Shown here piece by piece: positions 47,334 to 54,814 of a stretch of DNA of 64,000 nt (positions within the stretch are counted from its first letter, which is position 1; each line of letters opens with the position of its first letter). Source of the DNA: Alphaproteobacteria bacterium UBA3002 (GTDB lineage: Bacteria; Pseudomonadota; Alphaproteobacteria; Rickettsiales; UBA3002). The notes under the pieces are model-generated. The model was given only the letters and a program-made list of their open reading frames with translations. It was not told the origin of the DNA and did not search any database. Position numbers and translations under genes: made by a program. Where the stretch lies: contig DDZS01000065.1 in assembly GCA_002346425.1 (NCBI GenBank), positions 73 through 64,072 on the forward strand, in the 5' to 3' direction.

Positions 47334-48749
47334 CTAAGCTGCGGCGCGCGAAGTATTCGTGCGTGCCGGGCGACGATCACTGCGATTGCCCGCAGGTTTG
47401 CCAGCCGGTTTACCGCTCGGTTTTCCTGCAGGTTTACCAGCCGGACGACCGCTTGGCTTACCAGCAGGCTTGCCACCCGGTTTGCCCGAAGGTTTCCCTG
47501 CGCGGTATTCGCCTTTTTTCTCTGACCCACCGGCCGATGCGCCATCGCGACGGCTGCGGTTGCCCGAACGTGCGCCAGACGGCTTGCCGCCCGGTTTACC
47601 ACCGGCACCACGGCGCGGCTTGCCCGAACGCTCGCCTTTATCGGCCATTTCGTTCAGTTTCGCTTGTTCCGGATCAAGAATCCGCTCAATGGCACGCCAT
47701 TTCAGTTTTTCGGATTTGGTCACATAGCTCAGCGCGGCGCCTGCGGCCCCGGCACGTGCGGTACGGCCAATACGGTGCACGAAATCTTCCGGGCACTGCG
47801 GCAAGTCATAGTTAATGACGTGTTCAATATGCGGAATGTCGAGGCCACGTGCCGCGATGTCCGTCGCAATCAGAATGCGATAGCTTTGCTTGCGGAAATT
47901 GGCAATCACGCGGTCACGCTTGTTTTGACGTAAATCACCGTGAATCGCATCGGCGCTATGACCTTCTTTGCGCAGTTTCAGCGCCATTTTATCGGCACCA
48001 TGCTTGGTTTTCACAAACACAATCACCGAACCGGTGCGCGAATTCAGCTCGCTGGTGAAATTGGCGTATTTCTCATCCTGCTCGATATGACGCACTTCGT
48101 GGTCGATATTCGGCGCAGATGTTTTTTCCGGATCGACCGTTACCACTAACGGGTTGGTCAGGTAATTTTTCGACATTTTCACGATATTGGCCGGTGTCGT
48201 TGCTGAGAATAACAGGGTTTGGCGTTGCTTGGGCAGGAATTTCAGCACTTTTTCAATTTGCACCTGGAAACCCATGTCCAACATACGGTCGGTTTCATCC
48301 AACACCAGAAAGTTGGTGTCATGCAGCATCAGGCTACCGCGTTCGAGGTGATCGTTGATCCGACCCGGTGTACCCACTAGCAAACGCGGGCGATTGCGCA
48401 ATTGTTGCAACTGGTTCGGCATCGATTCGCCACCGATCAGCAACGCGGATTTGATGCTCGATTGTTTGCCGAGCATCTTTTTCAGCTGCTCCAATACCTG
48501 TACCGCTAATTCGCGCGTTGGCGTCATCACCAGCGCGGAACCGCGTGAGTTATTGATTAATTTGGCCACCAGCGGAATCCCGAATGCGCCGGTTTTACCG
48601 GTTCCGGTTTGCGCAGTACCCAGAATATCCTGACCTTCCAAGGCTGCGGGAATTGCTTGTGCCTGAATGGGGGTTGGTACGGAGAATTCCATATGCGCTA
48701 ATGTGTGGCGCAATGCTTCGGGTAAATCTAATTCACTAAAATCTTTCAT
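47334..48749 (-). CDS. DEAD-box ATP-dependent RNA helicase (RhlE-like) with a basic GKPx-repeat tail
   Basis: Q-motif, AQTGTGKT, PTRELA, DEAD-equivalent LDETD, SAT, HRIGRTAR motifs. Start set at ATG 48749. Confidence 0.9.
   Translation of the reverse strand: MKDFSELDLPEALRHTLAHMEFSVPTPIQAQAIPAALEGQDILGTAQTGTGKTGAFGIPLVAKLINNSRGSALVMTPTRELAVQVLEQLKKMLGKQSSIKSALLIGGESMPNQLQQLRNRPRLLVGTPGRINDHLERGSLMLHDTNFLVLDETDRMLDMGFQVQIEKVLKFLPKQRQTLLFSATTPANIVKMSKNYLTNPLVVTVDPEKTSAPNIDHEVRHIEQDEKYANFTSELNSRTGSVIVFVKTKHGADKMALKLRKEGHSADAIHGDLRQNKRDRVIANFRKQSYRILIATDIAARGLDIPHIEHVINYDLPQCPEDFVHRIGRTARAGAAGAALSYVTKSEKLKWRAIERILDPEQAKLNEMADKGERSGKPRRGAGGKPGGKPSGARSGNRSRRDGASAGGSEKKGEYRAGKPSGKPGGKPAGKPSGRPAGKPAGKPSGKPAGKPAGNRSDRRPARTNTSRAAA
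47387..47500 (-). repeat. In-frame tandem 12-nt repeats encoding (G-K-P-A/S/G)n
   Basis: AGKPSGKPGGKPAGKPSGRPAGKPAGKPSGKPAGKPAG in the helicase C-terminal tail. The repeats also create spurious ORFs on the opposite strand. Confidence 0.8.
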
Positions 48750-49084
48750 TCTTCTTCTATCCTTTTTCGTTATAAATATAACGAGATATGACTGCCGCAT
48801 GGCAGACAGTCGTTTAAATCAGGAGTCGCTTACTCTGCCGAAAACCATGTGGCAGGTTACTCTTGTTTAAACGCCTGAAATCTTGGATTAGAAGAATTCA
48901 TCGGGACCCAAATCCCTTGGGTCTGCTGCTGCTTAGCAGCGTCATCCTATTAAGAGCAAAATAGAAACTCGAGGCGAATCATACAGAAATTTTGCATAAT
49001 AGCAAGGGTTCATCTTATAAAGGGCGCATAAACCCCGCAAATCTCGCTTTTCTTTTCCTTCTATTTCGCTATGATGCGCATGAA

Positions 49085-49456
49085 ATGACAACACTTACCG
49101 CACGAAACTGGAGCCTTTGGCTGGTTATCAGCACATCGATAATGCACGTGTTCTGCTGCGGCCTTCCTTTAGCGATGAGCCTGATCAGTCTGGGCACCAT
49201 GGTTGGCGTCACCGGCCTGCAACTGCCGGTGTTTGACTGGTTTGGTCGCAATGAACCTTATATTATGGCGATTTCCGGCGTGTTGTTACTCATCACCGGC
49301 CTCATGCTTGCTGCTGCCCAGCGCATCAATTGCCGGACCGATGGGCATTGCGTTCACCCGCCTTGCGACGAAAAGAAAGATTACACCGTCCTGATTTTCA
49401 CCGTCGCCGTCGCACTCTATGCCGGAAACAGCCTGCTGCAATACCTCGCGCGCTAG
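49085..49456 (+). CDS. MerT-like membrane protein (Cys-Cys pair in TM1)
   Basis: 123 aa. HVFCCGLP in the first TM resembles the MerT CC(L/V)xP motif. A second Cys cluster is CRTDGHCVHPPC. Confidence 0.5.
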   Translation: MTTLTARNWSLWLVISTSIMHVFCCGLPLAMSLISLGTMVGVTGLQLPVFDWFGRNEPYIMAISGVLLLITGLMLAAAQRINCRTDGHCVHPPCDEKKDYTVLIFTVAVALYAGNSLLQYLAR

Positions 49457-49503
49457 TTTCGCGGTTGTCATCCTAGCTATAAACGACTACTTCTTTTCCA
49501 CCC

Positions 49504-50163
49504 ATGACTGTCACAACACCTCTACGCCTGCGCGACGTGCACGCTGCCTATGATGGCCGCGTATTGTTTACGCTGCCAGAATGGCAGGTCTCGGCAGGCG
49601 AAACGGCACTGATTCTTGGCCCTTCGGGCAGCGGCAAGTCTACCCTGCTCGCCATTCTCACTGGCTTGCGCCGTCCCGATGAAGGTACCGTAACCTATGG
49701 GGACACCGATCTCTATGCTTTAAGCGAAACCGCGCGCGACCAGTTCCGTGGACAACAGATGGGCCTGCTTTTCCAAAGCTTCCATTTGGTTAAAGCTTTT
49801 ACCGTGCGCCAGAATCTGTTACTCGCGCTCAGCCTATCGGGCCGCCCGGTCGATCACGAGCGCATCAATCAGTTACTTAGCGCCCTTAACCTGCAGGGCA
49901 AAGCCGACCAACGCGCCGAACGTTTAAGCGTCGGCGAAGCCCAGCGGTTGGCGGTTGCCCGCGCGGTTATCGGTAAGCCTGCGTGGATCTTCTGTGACGA
50001 GCCGACCTCCGCCCTCGACGACCGCAATGCCGAAGCCATGCTATCCTTACTGAAATCGCAAGCCGTCGAATGCGGTGCGGGTCTGGTGATCGTTACCCAT
50101 GACCGCCGCGTGCGCGACGCATTTACCCATGATAGCATTTTGGAATTGGGAGGCGGCGTATGA
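49504..50163 (+). CDS. ABC transporter ATP-binding protein (MacB/LolD/FtsE-like)
   Basis: Walker A GPSGSGKST, signature LSVGEAQR and Walker B IFCDEPTSALD. Confidence 0.9.
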   Translation: MTVTTPLRLRDVHAAYDGRVLFTLPEWQVSAGETALILGPSGSGKSTLLAILTGLRRPDEGTVTYGDTDLYALSETARDQFRGQQMGLLFQSFHLVKAFTVRQNLLLALSLSGRPVDHERINQLLSALNLQGKADQRAERLSVGEAQRLAVARAVIGKPAWIFCDEPTSALDDRNAEAMLSLLKSQAVECGAGLVIVTHDRRVRDAFTHDSILELGGGV

Positions 50164-51452
50164 GCCTATTCGCGATCGCCCTGACCTATCTGCGCAGCCG
50201 CCTGTCGCTCAGCCTTCTGCATGTGCTGCTGATGGCGCTTGGTGTGGGGATGATGACTGCCCTTCTCCTCTTCGGACATCAACTGCAAGAACGCCTCTAT
50301 AAAGACAGTAACGGCATCGACGCCGTGGTCGGCGCCAAAGGCAGCCCGCTGCAACTGATTCTATCCTCCGTGCAGCAAATGGATATCCCCACCGGGAATA
50401 TTGCGCTGAAAGATGCGCAAGCGATTGCTGCGCATCCCAAAGTCAAACGTGCAATCCCGATTGCCTTGGGCGATAGCGTGCACCGCTTCCGCATCGTCGG
50501 CACCGAGCCGGCCTATCTTTCCTTATATGACGCCGAACTGGCCGAAGGGACGGTTTGGGATCACAGTATGGAGGCCGTGATCGGCGCACAGGTCGCGCGC
50601 GACCAGCAGTTAAACATCGGCGATACTTTCGTCGGCAGTCACGGCTTGGTGGAAGGCGGTCATAGCCATGCCGACACCCCTTACCGCGTCACTGGCATTC
50701 TAAAACCCACCGGCCGCGTGATCGATCGGCTCATCGTTACTTCCCTCGAAAGCGTGTGGGATATTCATGCGCATGAAGCGCATGAAGAAGAGGACCACGA
50801 AGCGCATCATCACGACGAGGCACATGATGACGATGAACATGAAGAGCATCACCATGAAGACGCGCATGCGCACGAAGCACATCATCACGCCGAAGCGGAG
50901 CATCACGACCGCGAAGTGACCGCCGTGCTGGTGCAATACCGCACGCGTTTAGCGGCCTTGACCTTCCCGCGCAGCATCAACGCCAACACGTCGATGCAAG
51001 CCGCCAGCCCGGCCTTCGAGATGGCACGATTGGTTGACCTGATCGGGTTGGGCACCGACACGCTGATGACCATCGGCGGCGTACTGGTCGCCGTCTCATT
51101 GGCCGGCGTATTGATCGCACTGTTTAACGCCATCCGCGAACGCCGCTATGATCTGGCGCTATTCCGCACCTTCGGCGCATCCCGCCGCGCCATCGTCACC
51201 TTGGTCGTGATCGAAGGCATGGCCATTGCCATCGCTGGCAGCGTCCTCGGCATCGCCGCGGGCTATGGCGGCTTGCTGGCTATCGGGCATTTTACGGAAA
51301 AAGGCGCGGAACTTGGTTTGGCCGATCTCACCCTGCAGCCGGAAATCTTCATGCTCTGGGCGTTGGTACTGGTCATTTCGCTGATTGCCTGCCTGATTCC
51401 GGCGTGGCAGGTCTATCGCCTCAATATTCGGGAGATGCTCATCCGTGCGTAA
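50160..51452 (+). CDS. FtsX/MacB-type ABC permease with a His/Asp/Glu-rich insertion
   Basis: TM1, a large extracytoplasmic domain and 3 C-terminal TMs (FtsX fold). Insert HAHEAHEEEDHEAHHHDEAHDDDEHEEHHHEDAHAHEAHHHAEAEHHD. Confidence 0.8.
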   Translation: MSLFAIALTYLRSRLSLSLLHVLLMALGVGMMTALLLFGHQLQERLYKDSNGIDAVVGAKGSPLQLILSSVQQMDIPTGNIALKDAQAIAAHPKVKRAIPIALGDSVHRFRIVGTEPAYLSLYDAELAEGTVWDHSMEAVIGAQVARDQQLNIGDTFVGSHGLVEGGHSHADTPYRVTGILKPTGRVIDRLIVTSLESVWDIHAHEAHEEEDHEAHHHDEAHDDDEHEEHHHEDAHAHEAHHHAEAEHHDREVTAVLVQYRTRLAALTFPRSINANTSMQAASPAFEMARLVDLIGLGTDTLMTIGGVLVAVSLAGVLIALFNAIRERRYDLALFRTFGASRRAIVTLVVIEGMAIAIAGSVLGIAAGYGGLLAIGHFTEKGAELGLADLTLQPEIFMLWALVLVISLIACLIPAWQVYRLNIREMLIRA

Positions 51453-51915
51453 AAACCGTGAATGGTGGCAACGTGTGGTCGGTTTCCCGGTTCTGTTAAC
51501 CGTCGTCTGCGTCTCGCTCGGCTATCAACTGATGCTGGCGTGGGAACGCGCGGTGCCACTCACCCATACCGATGCAACCTCTTGGGAAATCCTGATCGAT
51601 GGATATGACGCGATGGAAGACGGGCAAACCCCGGCCACCTTGGCCGCGTTAGACCAACAGGAAGTCTCGCTTTACGGCTATATGTTCCCGCTGGAGTCCA
51701 CCGAATCGCACCGGCATTTTCTGCTGATTTCGCATTCCGCTTCGTGCCCGTTTCATCAACTGCTCGGTCAGGGCAATGTCGTCGAGGTTGAAGCGCCGGA
51801 GGGTATTGCATATGACCGCGCGCCGATGCTACTACGCGGCCAGTTTCACATCGCGTCCGAACCGGGCGCCGACATTCAATATAGGTTAGCCAATGCTGAA
51901 CAGATTACGCCTTAG
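51445..51915 (+). CDS. DUF3299-like periplasmic protein (156 aa)
   Basis: V.LYGYMFPLE......FLL......CPF pattern typical of DUF3299 proteins found with ABC transporters (from memory). Overlaps the permease stop. Confidence 0.55.
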   Translation: MRKNREWWQRVVGFPVLLTVVCVSLGYQLMLAWERAVPLTHTDATSWEILIDGYDAMEDGQTPATLAALDQQEVSLYGYMFPLESTESHRHFLLISHSASCPFHQLLGQGNVVEVEAPEGIAYDRAPMLLRGQFHIASEPGADIQYRLANAEQITP

Positions 51916-52402
51916 CCTCCTCGCCATTCTCCTCGCCCTGCCCGTACACGCCATTGAAGAGCAGGAGTTTACGGACGAGGAAATGCAGCATCTGATGCAA
52001 ATCTGGAAACCGCTGGAAGTGAAGGGTGACGCCATCCCCTGGTCGCGCTTCGCTGAAACCAAAGAGGTGGAGGTCTGTGAAAAGCGTGACGACATGGATT
52101 GGTGCATGATCAAACCCGAATATTCCGCCGACATCCAAACCCTCGACGGTAAACAGGTCACGCTAATGGGCTTCATGTTCCCGCTCGACGAAGCCGAGAA
52201 ACAAAAAAACTTCCTTATCGGCCCTTACCCGGCCAGCTGCCCCTTCCAATACCATGTCGGCCCGGCGCAGGTCGTCGAAGTACTGGCCGAGGAAGCCGTG
52301 GCATTTTCCTATGAACCCGTCACCGTCACCGGCACGCTTCGTGTGCGCTATAACGAGGAAACGGAAGTTTTTTACTATCTGGAAAACGCGACGCCGAAGT
52401 AA
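51893..52402 (+). CDS. DUF3299-like periplasmic protein (169 aa), paralogue of the preceding gene
   Basis: Signal peptide. V.LMGFMFPLD......FLI......CPF pattern. Confidence 0.55.
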   Translation: MLNRLRLSLLAILLALPVHAIEEQEFTDEEMQHLMQIWKPLEVKGDAIPWSRFAETKEVEVCEKRDDMDWCMIKPEYSADIQTLDGKQVTLMGFMFPLDEAEKQKNFLIGPYPASCPFQYHVGPAQVVEVLAEEAVAFSYEPVTVTGTLRVRYNEETEVFYYLENATPK

Positions 52403-52481
52403 AGGGGTGAACGCCTGCTACGATAGTTTAGCCTTTGCGATTTCACCCCTTATACAAAAACCGGTGGCCCCTAAGTTGGCA

Positions 52482-52877
52482 TCAATAAAAAACCCTCACC
52501 GCGACAAAGGCGAAGAAAAAGCCTGTTGTCCAAACCCCAACCGATACCCAATATATCCAGCCGCTGAGCTTTCGCAGGCGAGCGCAGGCAGCGGCCTGCT
52601 TTCGGTCAATCGGGCAAGGGGCGTTTCTCGCCTGCCAGCGCATGAAGCCTGCGAACAGGATCATCGCGCCGGAGATAGCGAAAGTCCACGCCTTATATTT
52701 GGACAAAGCGATAAGCCACGGCGCCGCGGAAACCAGTCCGGCCAGCGCCGCACCAGCTCCCAGCGATACGAATAGCGCTGGGAGGGCGCAGCATACCAAG
52801 GTGCCCGCCGAGGTGAAGAGGCTAAGCGTCGATAGCCAGGTTTGGTTCGACGGATTAGTCATCACACCCGCGCTCAA
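52482..52877 (-). CDS. MerT-like membrane protein
   Basis: 131 aa. LVCCALP in TM1 and a second Cys pair CP..(8)..C after TM2. Confidence 0.5.
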   Translation of the reverse strand: MSAGVMTNPSNQTWLSTLSLFTSAGTLVCCALPALFVSLGAGAALAGLVSAAPWLIALSKYKAWTFAISGAMILFAGFMRWQARNAPCPIDRKQAAACARLRKLSGWIYWVSVGVWTTGFFFAFVAVRVFY

Positions 52878-53175
52878 TACTGCGGATATTATAGCCAGAG
52901 TCGGTAATCAGCTGCGTGAGCGTTGCATCATCCATTGTCTGCCCGGATTTCATGCCCACCATTACCTCCGCATGATCCAGATCCACTTTGATCGTGGCAA
53001 CATCGTCGCGTTTGCCGAAGACTTTTTCCAAGGCGCGCGCGCAGAAGTCGCAGACCAGCCCATCCACGGTAACATCTATGCGATCCTCGCACGCCGTCTC
53101 AGCGTGAGTGGTCGCATAAGCAGCGGTGGCGGTTAAAAAGGTGATGATAGTCAGGGTTGAAAGTAAGCTCTTCAT
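52855..53175 (-). CDS. Periplasmic heavy-metal-associated (HMA, MerP/CopZ-like) protein
   Basis: Signal peptide, then VDGLVCDFCA (the GMxCxxC-type metal-binding loop). GGAGA Shine-Dalgarno before ATG 53175. Confidence 0.7.
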   Translation of the reverse strand: MKSLLSTLTIITFLTATAAYATTHAETACEDRIDVTVDGLVCDFCARALEKVFGKRDDVATIKVDLDHAEVMVGMKSGQTMDDATLTQLITDSGYNIRSIERGCDD

Positions 53176-53197
53176 CGTATTCTCCATATATATAATA

Positions 53198-53845
53198 TTA
53201 ATATCGAATGACCCAGTTGAACAGGACATCGCCTTGGTCGCTGACGCCCGCTTCGGCGAGATATTCGCCCTTAAATACGCGGATCAGCGGCGTGAAGGTG
53301 ATGTCGTCATCCTGAGATGGGTTGTGGTCTACCTGCAGCATTAGCCAGGTATGGGTGTCGCCGTAATCCCCGATATAGGGTGCAACACCCACACGGGCCT
53401 TCTGGTTAAAAAACTCGTCAATATTTCCGGCACTGACGTAGCGGTTTTCATACGAGGTAAACCACCGGCGCGTTTCCCAGTCCGCCGCGATGCCAGCAAA
53501 TCCGGCAAGAGACGTTTCGTCATCGAATGACTGATAATCGCTGAAGGCGAGTCCCGCCCCGGTTTTGAGATACAGGTTGGCCTGTACACTGGGTTTGTTC
53601 CAACGCTTCACCAGATAGTTGAATTGGGCGCCATGAAATTGCCAATCCTCATCGCGAAAATACTCTCCTTTATAGCCGATAGAATAGTTCGCTGTTGGCG
53701 AGTAATGCAGATGCACCGCATGGGAATCCATGTCGTTCATCTGCATCCATGTGACGCCGCCGGGATAGGATACCGGTCTGGCCTGCGCGGTCCAGACCCA
53801 TGACATTGCGCACAGGCACGCCATGATAGCGGTTACATAGTTCAT
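53198..53845 (-). CDS. Putative outer-membrane beta-barrel protein (215 aa)
   Basis: Signal peptide, alternating aromatic/hydrophilic strands and a C-terminal ..LFNWVIRY aromatic terminus. Confidence 0.5.
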   Translation of the reverse strand: MNYVTAIMACLCAMSWVWTAQARPVSYPGGVTWMQMNDMDSHAVHLHYSPTANYSIGYKGEYFRDEDWQFHGAQFNYLVKRWNKPSVQANLYLKTGAGLAFSDYQSFDDETSLAGFAGIAADWETRRWFTSYENRYVSAGNIDEFFNQKARVGVAPYIGDYGDTHTWLMLQVDHNPSQDDDITFTPLIRVFKGEYLAEAGVSDQGDVLFNWVIRY

Positions 53846-53928
53846 AGATAATCTCCAGATTTAGTGGTAGCAGGCGCGACGCATTACGCACACACACGTG
53901 CATAGCGGCACACTACGGACGTAAAAAT

Positions 53929-54318
53929 CTAGGAGAGTCGTTTGGGAGGATAGTCGATACCATGCGGATAAATCGACTTCATATAGCGTGCTTCAGATAA
54001 AGCGACCGTATCATTCGTGGCGAGTGCCTGCCCACTTGAAAGCGGGAGCACCCATGCAACGGTTTTGGTGACCGTACAATGGCCGCATCCGCATTTCTCA
54101 CAATCCGCCTTGTGGCTGCCATCCGCATGCATGTCCGAAGCCGCATCCGCTTTTGCCATCTCGTGGCAGGGCATATCCATGGAAGCGTTTTCCATAGGCA
54201 TGACCTGTTGCGGCTGCTCATCCGGACAGTTGCATGGGGAGATGGCTGTCGACGCTGTGGTTTGCCACGCAAACGCGGCAATCACCACCATCAGACAACA
54301 TGTTTTAATGAATTCCAT
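53929..54318 (-). CDS. Cys/His/Met-rich periplasmic protein, putative metal-binding (129 aa)
   Basis: Signal peptide. SPCNCPDE, MPMENASMDMPCHEM, HADGSHKADCEKCGCGHC clusters. First gene of the minus-strand metal operon. ATGACA-16-TACAAT promoter-like sequence upstream. Confidence 0.55.
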   Translation of the reverse strand: MEFIKTCCLMVVIAAFAWQTTASTAISPCNCPDEQPQQVMPMENASMDMPCHEMAKADAASDMHADGSHKADCEKCGCGHCTVTKTVAWVLPLSSGQALATNDTVALSEARYMKSIYPHGIDYPPKRLS

Positions 54319-54417
54319 CTAAGAAGAATTGTAACATACATCCTGAATCTGTCATTTAGTTTCCTAGCTAAGAAGAAAGAATCAGTGGTAAGGGGAAAGC
54401 TTTAACCGCCTTGGCGG

Positions 54418-54447
54418 CTTTTTAAATAGTGGTGATCCCAGATGGAT
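54418..54447 (-). repeat. Duplicate of the tRNA-Lys 3' end plus downstream flank (att-like direct repeat)
   Basis: 29 of 30 nt identical to 54575..54604. Covers the last 18 nt of the tRNA (including CCA) and 12 nt of its 3' flank. Confidence 0.8.
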
Positions 54448-54586
54448 GTGCTCGCCCTTTGGTCTGCGCTGCCGTTGCTAACCTTCGCGCTTAGCGCGAA
54501 GCTAAGCGACCGGTCGAACAATGCTTCTTTCGCAGTCTGGAGATCCAACTATTAAAAAAGCCGCTCTATGGCGACTTTTTGAATAG

Positions 54587-54662
54587 TGGTGATCCCAGAT
54601 GGATTCGAACCATCGACCTACTGATTAAAAGTCAGTTGCTCTACCGGCTGAGCTATGGGATC
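54587..54662 (-). tRNA. tRNA-Lys (anticodon UUU)
   Basis: 76 nt cloverleaf folded by hand: acceptor GATCCCA/TGGGATC, D arm GCTC-AGCCGGTA-GAGC, anticodon arm ACTGA-CTTTTAA-TCAGT, T arm GATGG-TTCGAAT-CCATC, discriminator A and encoded CCA. Confidence 0.9.
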
Positions 54663-54814
54663 ACTCTGGCACGCACCATAAGCATGAGCGCGCGCTTGTC
54701 AACACTGAGTAGCAGAAAAATACGCCGGATGCGCGCAAAAAAGCCGCGAGGTGGTGTGTATAAACCGCTATTGGGCGTTGCGGGGGGTGGAAAAGCGTAG
54801 TAATTCTGCGCCTT

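Noticed and set aside
48992-54604. The metal islet, considered as a tRNA-Lys-integrated genomic island
   Set aside because: The tRNA 3'-end direct repeats bracket only 127 bp (54448-54574) and do not enclose the metal genes. No second repeat copy is visible near 48800-49090, and no integrase is present.
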